Assembly: GCA_041660005.1 (NCBI GenBank)
Contig: JBAZXG010000007.1
Location: 72-64,071 of the forward strand
Origin: Patescibacteria group bacterium
Lineage (GTDB): Bacteria > Patescibacteriota > Patescibacteriia > GWA2-46-9
Direction: 5' to 3'
Length of the DNA stretch: 64,000 nucleotides
Under the pieces are notes generated by a model. That model was not told the DNA's origin. It did not search any database and worked only from the letters and a program-made list of their open reading frames with translations. Below are positions 19,296 to 29,813 of this stretch, in pieces. Each line of letters starts with the position of its first letter. The stretch's first letter is position 1. The translations under genes were made by a program, and so were the position numbers.

Positions 19296-19796
19296 ATGGA
19301 GGAAATACAGAATAAAAATGACGTTGATACTGCCGTTTCTCATACCTGGGTTGTCTCGGAGTATCCTGAATATACGAGAGATCGGCAATGGTATATTGTG
19401 GCGAGTATTGTCGGCATAATTTTAGTAGGTTTAGCTATTTGGTATAGTAATTTTCTGGGTGCCGTCTTGGTACTGCTGACAGCTGTTATTGTGGTTGCCC
19501 GTCACACAACAGAAACGCCAACGTTGGCCGTTCGTTTACAAGGTGACGGTATTTCTATTGGCGAGAGTTTTTACCCTTACAGTCAGATGAAAAGTTTTTG
19601 GATTGTCTTTGAGCCACCGCACACCAAGACGCTCTATTTTGATTTTCAAAGTGCTTGGCGCCCTCGTTTGCCTATACCATTGGAGGATGCCGACCCCTTT
19701 AGCGTCCGCCAAACGTTGTTGCAGTATCTGGAGGAGGACTTAAGTCGAGAAGGGGAACCTACAAGTGACGCTCTTTCTCGGTTAATGCGGCTCTAA
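19296..19796 (+). CDS. Conserved CPR membrane protein (two TM helices plus a PH-like domain)
   Basis: W..EY..Y.R...WY motif, two TM helices, YPYSQMKSFWI. Confidence 0.7.
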   Translation: MEEIQNKNDVDTAVSHTWVVSEYPEYTRDRQWYIVASIVGIILVGLAIWYSNFLGAVLVLLTAVIVVARHTTETPTLAVRLQGDGISIGESFYPYSQMKSFWIVFEPPHTKTLYFDFQSAWRPRLPIPLEDADPFSVRQTLLQYLEEDLSREGEPTSDALSRLMRL

Positions 19797-19910
19797 TCAT
19801 AAGCAAAAACCGCAGCATTGCTTCTTTTTCTTTTTTCCGATAAGTTTGCTAGTATGTCGTTCAAGGGTCAAAGAGGTCCGCTTGATGCGGATGCATTTTT
19901 TTCTCTGCTT

Positions 19911-19987
19911 GTCCCCATAGCTCAACTGGATAGAGCGTCAGCTTGCGGAGCTGGAGGTTGGAGGTTCGACCCCTCCTGGGGACACCA
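19911..19987 (+). tRNA. tRNA-Arg(GCG)
   Basis: gtccccatagctcaactggatagagcg tcagc-tt-GCG-ga-gctgg ... ggaggttcgacccctcc tggggac A CCA. Confidence 0.92.
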
Positions 19988-20049
19988 GAGAAAAGCATGT
20001 ATCTTGAATCAAGGAGGTCGTTCGTATCATCACTAAAAAAGCGAGACTT

Positions 20050-22110
20050 ATGGAGTTAGCAAGTCCTGTTAAAGCTCTGCCTGGCATTGGACCGTCTGCA
20101 GAGCGCTTACTTGCGAAACTTAACATACGTTCCATTCGTGATTTATTGTTCTTCGTGCCCTCAGGGTATGAAGATTTTACGAAATTAGTAACCGTAGATC
20201 GAGCTCCTGCTGGAGCTTCAGTATCGTTGTACGGCCGCGTTTCTAACATAGCCACAAGAAAAAGCAAAAGGAATAGTCGGCTCTATATTACCGAAGGTAT
20301 TTTTCAAGATAGTTCAGGAGCAGTACCAATCATTTGGTTTAGCCGCTTTGTCCGCGCCAGGTTTCCTCAAAACGAGATGGTTACGCTTTCCGGCCGTATC
20401 ACATTACAGCACAGTAAACGACAAATAGTTAACCCACTTTGGGAGCCGGCTTCCGATAAGTTGTTCGTAGCCGGCCAGTTACTTCCTTTGTATCCGCTGA
20501 CTGCTGGGCTGTCGCAGTGGCAGCTTCGGCGATGGGCGAAAAGTGCGATTGAATTAGTTGAACAATTAGAGGAACCACTTTCTTCATTATTACTAAAAAA
20601 ACTTAAGTTACCGACATTAAAGCAAGCACTTCGGATGCTGCATCAGCCGCGCTCAAGCGCCGACGTAGAGGTTGCGCAGAATCGGTTGGCATTTGATGAA
20701 CTTATACTTCGTTGTTTGGCTGGGTTGACGCTTCTCGCAAAACGGCGACAAGAGCAAGCACCGCAAATTACTATTAGCAAAAAAGAGCGTGAGGGTTTAG
20801 AAAAAGCAGTGCCATTTGTATTACATAAAGAGCAGCGTGAAGCCTTGAAGGAAGTACTGGACGACATGGAAAAACCGTATCCTATGCAGCGTTTACTACA
20901 GGGCGAAGTGGGCAGCGGAAAAACCGCCGTTGCTGCTCTGGCTGCGTTTTCCTCAGCGAAAGTAGGCTGGCAGACATTGTATATTGTGCCGACAGAGCTG
21001 CTTGCTCGGCAACAGTATGACGTTTTAGAAAAATGGTTCAGTCGGCTTGGCGTTTCTGTTGCTTTGTTAACCGCTAAACGCACAGAGAAAAATGGCAAAT
21101 CAATCAGTCGTTCTGTCTTAGAATCTGAACTCGCGAGTGGCGCTGTTTCTATGGTCGTGGGAACGCAGTCTCTTTTTAATACGCGCGTCCGATTTAAAAA
21201 ACTTGGGCTGGTGATCGTCGATGAGCAGCATCGATTTGGTGTTCAACAGCGGTTTTTAGTTCAACGAAAAGGCGGAGCATTTACTCCCCACCTTCTCTCA
21301 ATGACCGCAACGCCAATTCCGCGAACCATGCGCCTTGTTTATTATGCAGACCTTGCGCTCTCCACGATCCACGAAGCGGCGTTAGGTACGCGTAAAGTGC
21401 TAACAGCACTGGTGCGGCCATCTGAACGAATTGAGGTTGAACGGAGGTTACGCAAGCGGGTAATAGCCGGTGAGCAAGCGTATATCGTCTGTCCAGTGGT
21501 GAATCCTTCTAGTCAAATTGAAGCTCGTGCAGCAAGTGCCGAATATCAGAGATTAGCGCAGCAGGTTTTTCCTGATGTTTCAGTTGGCTACGTCCAAGGG
21601 AAAATGAAGGACGGGGAAAAAGAAAACGCGCTTCTTCGTTTTCGGTCTGGCAAAACGCGCATCTTGGTTGCGACGTCAGTTGTTGAAGTTGGCGTAGACG
21701 TGACAAATGCCAGCATTATGATTATTGAGTCCGCAGAACGTTTCGGGTTGGCACAACTGCATCAGTTGCGTGGTCGCGTCGGCAGATCTGGCAAAGACGC
21801 ATATTGTCTGCTGTTTACGGGTAGTACTGACGAAGTAGTTCTTGAACGGTTACGTTTTTTTGCAAAAACAAAAAATGCTTTTGTTTTGGCTGAACATGAT
21901 TTGGCATTGCGCGGACCAGGTGATTGGTTTGGCACGGAACAATCCGGCTTTCCAGATATGCGTTTTGCATCATTGCAAAATGAAGAACTACGGGAAACAG
22001 CAGAACGGTCTGCCGCTGAATTGTTAGAGCAAGATCCTGAGTTGTCTCAAGTGCCCGAGCTAAGACGGCAGGTTCAGGAGTTACTCAAAAAAGCGACGCT
22101 GCCTTCTTAA
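20050..22110 (+). CDS. recG: ATP-dependent DNA helicase RecG
   Basis: RLLQGEVGSGKT, DEQHRFGV, MTATPIPRT, AERFGLAQLHQLRGRVGR, RGPG..G..QSG. Confidence 0.95.
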   Translation: MELASPVKALPGIGPSAERLLAKLNIRSIRDLLFFVPSGYEDFTKLVTVDRAPAGASVSLYGRVSNIATRKSKRNSRLYITEGIFQDSSGAVPIIWFSRFVRARFPQNEMVTLSGRITLQHSKRQIVNPLWEPASDKLFVAGQLLPLYPLTAGLSQWQLRRWAKSAIELVEQLEEPLSSLLLKKLKLPTLKQALRMLHQPRSSADVEVAQNRLAFDELILRCLAGLTLLAKRRQEQAPQITISKKEREGLEKAVPFVLHKEQREALKEVLDDMEKPYPMQRLLQGEVGSGKTAVAALAAFSSAKVGWQTLYIVPTELLARQQYDVLEKWFSRLGVSVALLTAKRTEKNGKSISRSVLESELASGAVSMVVGTQSLFNTRVRFKKLGLVIVDEQHRFGVQQRFLVQRKGGAFTPHLLSMTATPIPRTMRLVYYADLALSTIHEAALGTRKVLTALVRPSERIEVERRLRKRVIAGEQAYIVCPVVNPSSQIEARAASAEYQRLAQQVFPDVSVGYVQGKMKDGEKENALLRFRSGKTRILVATSVVEVGVDVTNASIMIIESAERFGLAQLHQLRGRVGRSGKDAYCLLFTGSTDEVVLERLRFFAKTKNAFVLAEHDLALRGPGDWFGTEQSGFPDMRFASLQNEELRETAERSAAELLEQDPELSQVPELRRQVQELLKKATLPS

Positions 22111-23474
22111 TGGGTGCGTTGAGGAAAGGCAACTTCTACAGCAGTTTTAATGTTGTCCGCTTGGTGAACCAGAAAATTTTTAGTCTTTGTTTCAAATTTC
22201 TGCTCAGGAATAACGGCCTGACGGAAACTGACGCGTGCAGCGGTCTCAATTCTCCGTGACAACTCTGTAACGCTTCTGAGTTCCCCGTGCAGACCGAGTT
22301 CTCCGCAGGCAATCATATCATGCGGCAGCGTGCTGTTTTGTGTGGCTGATACGATTGCTAAAGCTACGGCTAAATCCGCTGCCGGCTCAGTAACTTTGAG
22401 GCCACCAACAATGTTTAAGTGTACGTCGCGGTAAGCGAGTGGCAGACCGAGATGTTTTGTTAGGACTGCAATCAAAAGCTGCAACCGATTGAGATCAAAG
22501 CCTGTGGTGCGGCGTTGGGGGTGCGTAAAACGGGTTTTTGCCACGAGCGCCTGCACTTCAACCAGAAACACTCGTGAACCCTTGAGCGCTGGTAAGATAA
22601 TCGTTCCTGGAGCGAGAGGTCTTTTTTTATTAAGAAACGCCGCAGCGGGGTTTGCCATTTCTATTAGACCCTTACCCTCCATGCGCCAAATGCCCACCTC
22701 TGTAATGCCGCCGAAGCGATTTTTGGTAGCGTACAATACGCGATGTTCGCCCTCTTCTGAGGCGTCGAAATAGAGGACAGCATCAACCAAGTGTTCTAGT
22801 AATTTTGGTCCGGCTACAATGCCACCCTTGGTAACATGTCCAACAATGACGATAGGAACGTTTGTTGTTTTAGCAAGTTCCATCAGAGCTTCAAGAGCGT
22901 CGCGTAGTTCTCCTGGTCGGCCAGCCGTTGTTCCGTTTACTGAGCGAATAGTTTGTAGCGAATCAATAATAACGAGTTGTGGACTGGTTTCAGTCATTGC
23001 GGCTGTGATGGATGGAATAGTAGAGTCGCCCAAGAAGTGGAGATTATCAGGTCGGGCTTCCAAGCGATCAAGGCGTAGGCGAATTTGTTCTCCAGACTCT
23101 TCACCTGAAACGTAGAGAACTGGTTGGATAATATTAAGCCCCGCCATTCGGCTCGCTATTTGGAGTAGTAAGGTTGACTTACCAACCCCAGGATTACCAC
23201 CAAGGAGTATAAGCGCTCCGGGCACTATTCCACCACCGAGGACTCTATCAAATTCAGAACTGCCAGTGGACAAACGTTTTGCGTCTCCATCATTGGCGCG
23301 AAGACTGCTAAAAGTGACGGCTTTATTGCTTACCTTTGCGGTGCCCTCTTTTTTAGAAAGAACTTGATGAGCGCTCAGCGTATCCCATGACCCGCATTCG
23401 CGGCATCTTCCCTCCCAACGGGGGAATTGGGCGTCGCATTTACTACAGCGAAATACTGTTTTGGGTCCGGACAT
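22107..23474 (-). CDS. radA: DNA repair protein RadA/Sms
   Basis: N-terminal C4 zinc finger, GNPGVGKST, KNRFG motif, Lon-like C-terminus. Confidence 0.96.
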   Translation of the reverse strand: MSGPKTVFRCSKCDAQFPRWEGRCRECGSWDTLSAHQVLSKKEGTAKVSNKAVTFSSLRANDGDAKRLSTGSSEFDRVLGGGIVPGALILLGGNPGVGKSTLLLQIASRMAGLNIIQPVLYVSGEESGEQIRLRLDRLEARPDNLHFLGDSTIPSITAAMTETSPQLVIIDSLQTIRSVNGTTAGRPGELRDALEALMELAKTTNVPIVIVGHVTKGGIVAGPKLLEHLVDAVLYFDASEEGEHRVLYATKNRFGGITEVGIWRMEGKGLIEMANPAAAFLNKKRPLAPGTIILPALKGSRVFLVEVQALVAKTRFTHPQRRTTGFDLNRLQLLIAVLTKHLGLPLAYRDVHLNIVGGLKVTEPAADLAVALAIVSATQNSTLPHDMIACGELGLHGELRSVTELSRRIETAARVSFRQAVIPEQKFETKTKNFLVHQADNIKTAVEVAFPQRTH

Positions 23475-23482
23475 GGAGATTT

Positions 23483-24565
23483 TTAATTTGCCTCACATCC
23501 AGGAATACTAACGTGATAGTGGTTTTTTTCGTTAAGCGTGTAGCCAGCATGGCAAGTTGTTTTGGCGGCCTCTTCTAGTTGGCTATAGGGCATAGTGTTG
23601 TCAATATCAACTCCACACGAGAAACCGACCTGGTCTCCAGCTTGAACCGTACCATTCTTTCCGCCGTAGTGTGCCGACATTTTTGTTGCAGAACATTCAT
23701 GTTGACAACTACCTTTGCCTTTTGTTGCACATTCCCAAGGTCGGCAGGTGCCTGCTGAAATGTTGCTGTCGGAAATGCTATTGATCGTTATCGGTACTTG
23801 TTTACCGATACAATTAATCAATGCTGCAAGCGCAGGTGAAGCGTCTGCCATTTGTCGTTCGATCGTGCCCTGAAAGTTAATGTCATCGCCATTGTTACTC
23901 GCTTTCGGTTTTTGGCAGCAACACACTTGAAAAAATCCCGGTCCACCAGTACATGCTGTTTCGGGACTACCATTTAAATCAACCGAGCCATCAGGGCATG
24001 CATTTCCTGGAGATATAAGTGGCATTGATTGTGAGTTTTGCCAGGAACACAAGCCAGCGTATTTAATAAGAGCCACCTGTTTTAAAGGAACGTTTTTGAC
24101 AGAAATGACAGCTAGTGACTTGAAAGTAACGAGGTCGGGGTTGACGATGTAGAGAACCGTATAAGATCCAAGCATGAGCACGAGGCCAAGGAGAGCGCCG
24201 CTTGCATAGTTTTTTGCTTGCTCAATGCGCGTTGTGTTTCCTGCAGCCGTTAGCCAAATGAAACCTGCGACAGCAAGAACAATAGCCGCGAGTACTGAAG
24301 CTGCATAGATGGCAAAGGTATATATGCCATTTAAATATTGGCCAATCCAAGGAAAAAAGATGCAGTCTTGACCAACGCCAACTGGGCCTACTTCGGCGGG
24401 GCATGGCCCGGTCGGAGGTTTAACAAATTTGCTAACCCCGGGTATGGTGATGGTCGGATTTGGAAGGGTGAAGATTGGTTCCGTATTCTGAGCAAAAGTT
24501 GCGACAGGCAGGCAGACCAGAAAAAGAGTTACTGCAAGCACGCCAAGCATTGCGTATCGTTTCAT
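23483..24565 (-). CDS. CPR TrbC/VirB2-like pilin fused to a Cys-rich region and a putative M15-type Zn peptidase
   Basis: AGFIWLTAAGNTTRIEQAK...ILYIVNPDL-type pilin core; C-terminal SAH..G...VDID...HYHVS. Confidence 0.65.
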   Translation of the reverse strand: MKRYAMLGVLAVTLFLVCLPVATFAQNTEPIFTLPNPTITIPGVSKFVKPPTGPCPAEVGPVGVGQDCIFFPWIGQYLNGIYTFAIYAASVLAAIVLAVAGFIWLTAAGNTTRIEQAKNYASGALLGLVLMLGSYTVLYIVNPDLVTFKSLAVISVKNVPLKQVALIKYAGLCSWQNSQSMPLISPGNACPDGSVDLNGSPETACTGGPGFFQVCCCQKPKASNNGDDINFQGTIERQMADASPALAALINCIGKQVPITINSISDSNISAGTCRPWECATKGKGSCQHECSATKMSAHYGGKNGTVQAGDQVGFSCGVDIDNTMPYSQLEEAAKTTCHAGYTLNEKNHYHVSIPGCEAN

Positions 24566-24567
24566 GG

Positions 24568-25275
24568 TTATGGCGTTATTGTTTTGTGAAGCTGAATAAC
24601 CTGGTTGAGTTCCTCTGCGGTTAGAAGCCCTGAAATGCGCTGGTCACCAATAAAGAGATAGGGGGTTCCATCAACACCAAGTGCGTTGCCTTCTTTTATA
24701 TTTTTCAATATGACTCCCTTTGCCTCATCACTTTGCAGGCACGAAGAAAAAGTTATCGGGTTTAAGTGAAGATTTTGAGCAATCGTTAAAAAAGTTGTTC
24801 GGTCGAGTTCCTGTGCAGCAAAAATCTGGTCATGGAACTCCCAAAATTTTCCTTGCGCTCCAGCACACCGAGCAGCCAGGTGCGCACTCGCCGCTTCAGG
24901 GTGGAGTTGGTTAATAGGGAAGTCGCGCCAGATGAGCTTCACCACCCCCGGGTTTTCATCGATAGCTTGCTTTAAAAGACTAGCCATTACCCGACAGTAT
25001 GGACAAGCGAAGTCAGAAAATTCGAAAATAGTTACCGCGGCGGTAGTGTTGCCGTATATAAAATCATCTTGCCGCTCAGACGGTAGTGTTATCTCCACAG
25101 AGTCGACTTTCGTAATAAGCGGGTCTTGCGTTGTAGAGTAGTGGGGATTTGTGCCGGAGTTTTCAATAGAAGAGGACCGACCGAGTGAAGAGAAAACAAG
25201 GTAGCCAATCGTTCCCGCGACAATGAGAAGAATGCCAATAGTTAGGAGAACAGCGTTGCGGTGTGCCTGCGTCAT
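24568..25275 (-). CDS. DsbA/BdbD-like thioredoxin-fold protein
   Basis: EFSDFACPYC, RDFP, AARCA..QGKFW, GVDGTP. Confidence 0.9.
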   Translation of the reverse strand: MTQAHRNAVLLTIGILLIVAGTIGYLVFSSLGRSSSIENSGTNPHYSTTQDPLITKVDSVEITLPSERQDDFIYGNTTAAVTIFEFSDFACPYCRVMASLLKQAIDENPGVVKLIWRDFPINQLHPEAASAHLAARCAGAQGKFWEFHDQIFAAQELDRTTFLTIAQNLHLNPITFSSCLQSDEAKGVILKNIKEGNALGVDGTPYLFIGDQRISGLLTAEELNQVIQLHKTITP

Positions 25276-26477
25276 AAAGCAACCGTGAATATGCCGCCAT
25301 TTTGCGCGTCTTCAATAAAGAGTTTTGACCCGTCTTTACTGGTGTAGAGCGATCGTGCCGTAATGGGAACATTCGGATCACCGACGAGAGTTTTTTGACC
25401 TGTCTTAAGATCGATTTCGTAAATCGAATCCGGTATTGTGGCGGCAATATCAGGAGTTAAGCCAGCCCCGTCAGGCAGCGACTGAGGAACTGCGCAGTAC
25501 AATCGGTCATTACTACTGAATGTACACTTGTTGGCCCAGGTGTTAACACTGAGACTTCGTCGGCCAGTCCCTATTTGTTCGCCGGAGGCGTTGACTATCC
25601 ATAGTTCAGGACGATAGCCGCTTCTGGCCGACGTAACACTATAAAGTAGTTGTTGGCCGTCAGGAGTCCACGAGGGGACGAAACCAAGTCCGGGTACGGT
25701 CAAAGAACGGAAGTTTTCTCCCTGGAGACCAATGAAAAAAATCTCCTGTTGATCTGCTCCGGATGGCTTGTGTTGTAGTCCGACGACTTGTCCTGTTGGC
25801 GACCACGCCACTGTTACCGAGTCAGCGTTTGCTCCGAGTGGTTCGATGGCCTCTGATCCGCTGCCGTCAGGGTTAGCAATGCCGAGCCATCGGTTATCAA
25901 CATCGAGTCCCATACTCTTAAAGGCAAGCTGTTTTCCAGTGTCATTGAATGAAAAGTCTTCCCAGTGTTGTGGCAACGTGACTTGATGTTTTGATTGAAA
26001 GTTATAAAGAATATTCGCGCCGTCCGGAAATTCAAGCACCGCCTGACTACGATCCGGAGCCCAGGTGACTGATTGTACAGAAGGGAATTTAGCATTAGTA
26101 AGAGACTGAATGTTTCCAGATGAATCACTTTTACCAAATGTGCCGTCTGCTGCATTGTAGAAAAGAAGGCCATTGGTCGTTGGGTCAAGGGTTGAGAAAC
26201 GCGCATTTTCGTTAATAAGTTTTTGTGTCTTCAGTTGACCAGTGCCTTGACCTGCTGGTCCTGCTGGTAGAGACCCTGTTCCAGCAGAGGGGATGACTGA
26301 CGGTTGACCAGTGTTGGCAGTCGGCAAGTTGGCTCCCGGTATGCCATTATTGATGGTTGGTGTGACGGCAGATGGCATTGATCGGAAGAACATAACATAG
26401 AGAAGCGCAGCCAAAAGGACACAAAGAAACAAAAAACCAACGATGAGCAATAGGCGACGGTTAATAAAGTTTGGCAT
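25272..26477 (-). CDS. Membrane-anchored beta-propeller (TolB-like) protein
   Basis: TM after MPNFINRR; repeated WAPD/WSPT/WTPD motifs. Start set at 26477 to avoid overlap with clpC. Confidence 0.75.
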   Translation of the reverse strand: MPNFINRRLLLIVGFLFLCVLLAALLYVMFFRSMPSAVTPTINNGIPGANLPTANTGQPSVIPSAGTGSLPAGPAGQGTGQLKTQKLINENARFSTLDPTTNGLLFYNAADGTFGKSDSSGNIQSLTNAKFPSVQSVTWAPDRSQAVLEFPDGANILYNFQSKHQVTLPQHWEDFSFNDTGKQLAFKSMGLDVDNRWLGIANPDGSGSEAIEPLGANADSVTVAWSPTGQVVGLQHKPSGADQQEIFFIGLQGENFRSLTVPGLGFVPSWTPDGQQLLYSVTSARSGYRPELWIVNASGEQIGTGRRSLSVNTWANKCTFSSNDRLYCAVPQSLPDGAGLTPDIAATIPDSIYEIDLKTGQKTLVGDPNVPITARSLYTSKDGSKLFIEDAQNGGIFTVAL

Positions 26478-26481
26478 AAGG

Positions 26482-28929
26482 TTATTGTAGGATCCAATGG
26501 CGACCTTGTCGATCCATGGTGTAGGTACGTGGTGTGTTGACCGGCCGTGATACAATTTTCTTGGCGAGTTCCCCTTCAACGATAGATCGGAAAATCGCCA
26601 AAAGAGCTCTCGCTCCACCCTCTTGTTTTGCTGCCATGTTCATGAGCTCTTTGCGTGCCTTGGTGCTTACTTCAATGGTAGCACCATGATCTCGCAGTCG
26701 TTCGTTAAGATTAATAATTTCACGGTTCAGTATCGCCGTCATGTTCTCTTCTGTCAGTGGCAGCAAGGGAAGAATGGTATCAAAGCGGTGCAGTAATTCC
26801 GCAGGTAATAGTTGCTTGGTCGCTTCAAGAATTTCATCTTGGAGCATGCGATTGCTATCCGCTCCGCCGTTACCGAATCCCAGGTTTGTTTTTCCTTGAG
26901 GGCTCGGGTTAACCGTGGCAATGAGAATAGTTTGCTTAAAATTAACTAGTCGACCGGTTGCGTCGCGTAGCGCCCCTTCGTCCAAAATTTGTAGCAGCAA
27001 TTGGTTGACATCTTTATGCGCACGGTTAAGTTCGTCAAAAAGAATGACGCGGTACGGTCGGCGGCGGACCTCTTCAGTGAGGATGCCGCTTTCTTTGTAG
27101 CCGACGTATCCGGCGGGTGCGCCGATGAGTTTAGAAACAGTAAACCCTTCAGCGAATTCACTCATGTCGAAATGCAACAGTGCCGCTTCGTCGCCAAAAA
27201 GAACTTTGGCGATTGTTTTCGCCAGCGTTGTTTTACCGACGCCACTCGGACCACTCAAAAGGAATGAAGCTAGTGGCCGTTTGCGATTTGATAATCCAAG
27301 CGAAGTTCGGCGAATTGTTTCGGCAATCGTTTTGCGCACATCGTCGTGCCCGAAAAAGTTTTGCGCCAAATCTTGCTCCAAACGTTTGAGCCGGTGCTGC
27401 TCGTTAAGGGTAACTTCGTTGACGGGGATGCGCGTCCAGTTAGTAATAACCGCTGCTACAGCGCGTTCATCAACAATTGGTTTCGTTTCTTCTTGGGAAA
27501 CGAGTAGACGCTCTAACTCTTGGCGTCGTTCGTGATGGCGACGAGCTTCCTCCCTCCAGTGAATTGCTTCTTCAAATTTTTCACGGATAGTAGCAGCCTC
27601 TTTTCTCTTGACTGCCAAGCGCTCCGCTTGCATGAGTTCGTAGTGGCGCTCTGCTTCAGCCGAGGGGCGAGCCGCCAAGCTTATGCGAGCCGCGGCTTCG
27701 TCAATAAGGTCTATGGCTTTATCAGGGAAAAAACGGTCTGGGAGGTAGCGGTCGGCGTAGCGCACTGCAGCGTCCAACGCCGCGTCGCTAATGCGAACGC
27801 CGTGGTGCTTTTCATAGTTGCTCTTGAGGCCCTCAAGAATGTTTCGCGTTGCTGCGGCACTCGGTTCATCAACATGAATTGGTTGAAACCTGCGCTCTAA
27901 CGCTCCATCGGTCTCAATATGTTGGCGATATTCTTGCATGGTAGTGGCCCCGATGCAGCGGATGTCTCCTCGCGCGAGTGCAGGTTTCAGAAGGTTGGCA
28001 GCATCTATTGAGCCGCTGGCTGCACCGGCGCCGACGATGGTGTGGAGTTCGTCGATGAAGACAATGAGGTCCCTTGAGCGCTTCAATTCCTCAATAACTT
28101 GGCGTATGCGGTTTTCAAATTCTCCTCGAAACATCGTGCCCGCAACAAGAGAACCGATATCGAGCGCCACAATACGCTTGCCTCGCAGTTGAGCAGGTAC
28201 TTTTCCTTCGCTAATGCGTTTGGCGAGACCTTCAACGATTGCCGTTTTGCCGACACCGGGGTCGCCAAGGAGCACGGGATTGTTTTTGGTGCGGCGCACG
28301 AGTACCTGCATCAGTCGCTCAATTTCTTGATCGCGACCAATAACTGGATCCAGTGTTTTTGCGTGTTCAACATCCGTGAGATCAATACCAAATCCTTTGA
28401 GCGCGGCCGGCAAGTCATCGCCGCTGCTATCTGCTGGTTCTTCGGCGACGTCAATAAATGTTTCAGTGAGCTCTGGCAGTTTTGCGTTGCTCTTTAAAAT
28501 CATATCGAGCTGATCTTTGAGTGCGGTGGTGTCCCACGGAAAACGCAGTTTGTAGCGTTCGATTTCTGGTCCAGGATCTTCAAGAATGGCGAAGAGCATA
28601 TGTTCAGTGCCGATGTAAGGATGCGTTGATTGGTAGGCAACGAGAGCCGCTGCCATGAGTCTCGACTGAGAACGATTTGAAAGTTGTGGTTTTCCCCGAC
28701 CAGTGAGTGTGGCTTCTTTAATGATTGTTGTGAGCCCTGGGATATCAAGTTTTGTTTCCGTCAGTAGTTCTGCAGCAATTGATCCTCTGTTTTCGGCGAG
28801 GGCGAGCAATAAATGAATTGGTTCAATAAGCTTTTGCTTTATGGTGGCCGCATGCTCGGTTGCATGGCGCAGGGCAGTGGTCAGATTTTGGCTAAATTTT
28901 TCGTTGCCGTGGTGTATTGGTTGTTTCAT
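26482..28929 (-). CDS. clpC: ATP-dependent Clp protease ATP-binding subunit ClpC
   Basis: Clp-N repeats, GDPGVGKT, second [25 protein letters not shown]-like linker. Confidence 0.93.
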   Translation of the reverse strand: MKQPIHHGNEKFSQNLTTALRHATEHAATIKQKLIEPIHLLLALAENRGSIAAELLTETKLDIPGLTTIIKEATLTGRGKPQLSNRSQSRLMAAALVAYQSTHPYIGTEHMLFAILEDPGPEIERYKLRFPWDTTALKDQLDMILKSNAKLPELTETFIDVAEEPADSSGDDLPAALKGFGIDLTDVEHAKTLDPVIGRDQEIERLMQVLVRRTKNNPVLLGDPGVGKTAIVEGLAKRISEGKVPAQLRGKRIVALDIGSLVAGTMFRGEFENRIRQVIEELKRSRDLIVFIDELHTIVGAGAASGSIDAANLLKPALARGDIRCIGATTMQEYRQHIETDGALERRFQPIHVDEPSAAATRNILEGLKSNYEKHHGVRISDAALDAAVRYADRYLPDRFFPDKAIDLIDEAAARISLAARPSAEAERHYELMQAERLAVKRKEAATIREKFEEAIHWREEARRHHERRQELERLLVSQEETKPIVDERAVAAVITNWTRIPVNEVTLNEQHRLKRLEQDLAQNFFGHDDVRKTIAETIRRTSLGLSNRKRPLASFLLSGPSGVGKTTLAKTIAKVLFGDEAALLHFDMSEFAEGFTVSKLIGAPAGYVGYKESGILTEEVRRRPYRVILFDELNRAHKDVNQLLLQILDEGALRDATGRLVNFKQTILIATVNPSPQGKTNLGFGNGGADSNRMLQDEILEATKQLLPAELLHRFDTILPLLPLTEENMTAILNREIINLNERLRDHGATIEVSTKARKELMNMAAKQEGGARALLAIFRSIVEGELAKKIVSRPVNTPRTYTMDRQGRHWILQ

Positions 28930-29813
28930 AGGGATGTAGTCATGTTTTCAAGGGCGGCAATGCGGTCGGTAATCGGAGGATGCGTCGAAAAGAGGGAGGC
29001 AACAGTACGTCTGCCTGCCTGTCCGAAGGGGTTCGTAAAATAGAGCGACGCAGTAGCTTTATTGGCGGTTTTCGAAACAGGTGAGGCAACCGCAATTTTT
29101 TTAAGTGCGTCTGCGAGACCTTGTGGGTAGCGGGTGAGCAGAGCGCCGCTGGCGTCAGCTAAAAATTCGCGCCGTCGGGAAACAGCAAGCTGGATGAGTT
29201 TAGTAGCGATAGGTGCAAGTATGGCAAGGAGGACACCTATAAGAAGGAGTGCAGAACCGCGCTCGCGTCGACCTCCACCGTGAAAAAATTGTGAGCGAAT
29301 GAAAAAGTCAGAAACCAAGGCAACAAAACCAACCAGTACCACCGTCAGCATGAGGTAGCGGGTGTCGAAATTTTTAACATGCGAAAGCTCGTGCGCAATA
29401 ACACCTTCGAGCTCTGTTTTGCTGAGCGCCTGTCTGAGGCCGGTCGTAACGGCAATGCTGGCATGCTGAGGATCGCGACCGGTAGCAAAGGCATTCATTG
29501 ATGCGTCGCTCATCAAGTAGATTTTAGGAGTCGGCAACCCGGCGGCAATGGCTGTGTTTTCTACTATTCGGTAGAGCTCAGGATCGTCGTTTTTGTTTAT
29601 AGGGTGAGCTGAAGCCGTAAAGAGGACGACTTTATCTCCGGCCCACCAACTGGCCGTTGTGGTGAAGATTGCGAGCGCAAGAGCAATGGCGACTATCGGT
29701 GCGCCACTCTGGCTTGCTACAGAGAACACGTAGCCCAACAGTCCCGCAACCAACAAGATAGCGGCGATGAGTAGAACTGATCGGCGTTTATTGGCAGCTA
29801 TTTGTTCGTACAT
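28926..29813 (-). CDS. htpX: M48 zinc metalloprotease HtpX
   Basis: NAFATG, AHELSH, SRRREFLAD, FSTHPP. Confidence 0.93.
   Translation of the reverse strand: MYEQIAANKRRSVLLIAAILLVAGLLGYVFSVASQSGAPIVAIALALAIFTTTASWWAGDKVVLFTASAHPINKNDDPELYRIVENTAIAAGLPTPKIYLMSDASMNAFATGRDPQHASIAVTTGLRQALSKTELEGVIAHELSHVKNFDTRYLMLTVVLVGFVALVSDFFIRSQFFHGGGRRERGSALLLIGVLLAILAPIATKLIQLAVSRRREFLADASGALLTRYPQGLADALKKIAVASPVSKTANKATASLYFTNPFGQAGRRTVASLFSTHPPITDRIAALENMTTSL

Noticed and set aside
26478-26618. Long overlap between clpC and the beta-propeller ORF, and similar overlaps for the HIT, CYTH, HD and aguA ORFs
   Set aside because: These come from the ORF caller choosing upstream alternative starts; downstream ATGs give normal proteins with little or no overlap.
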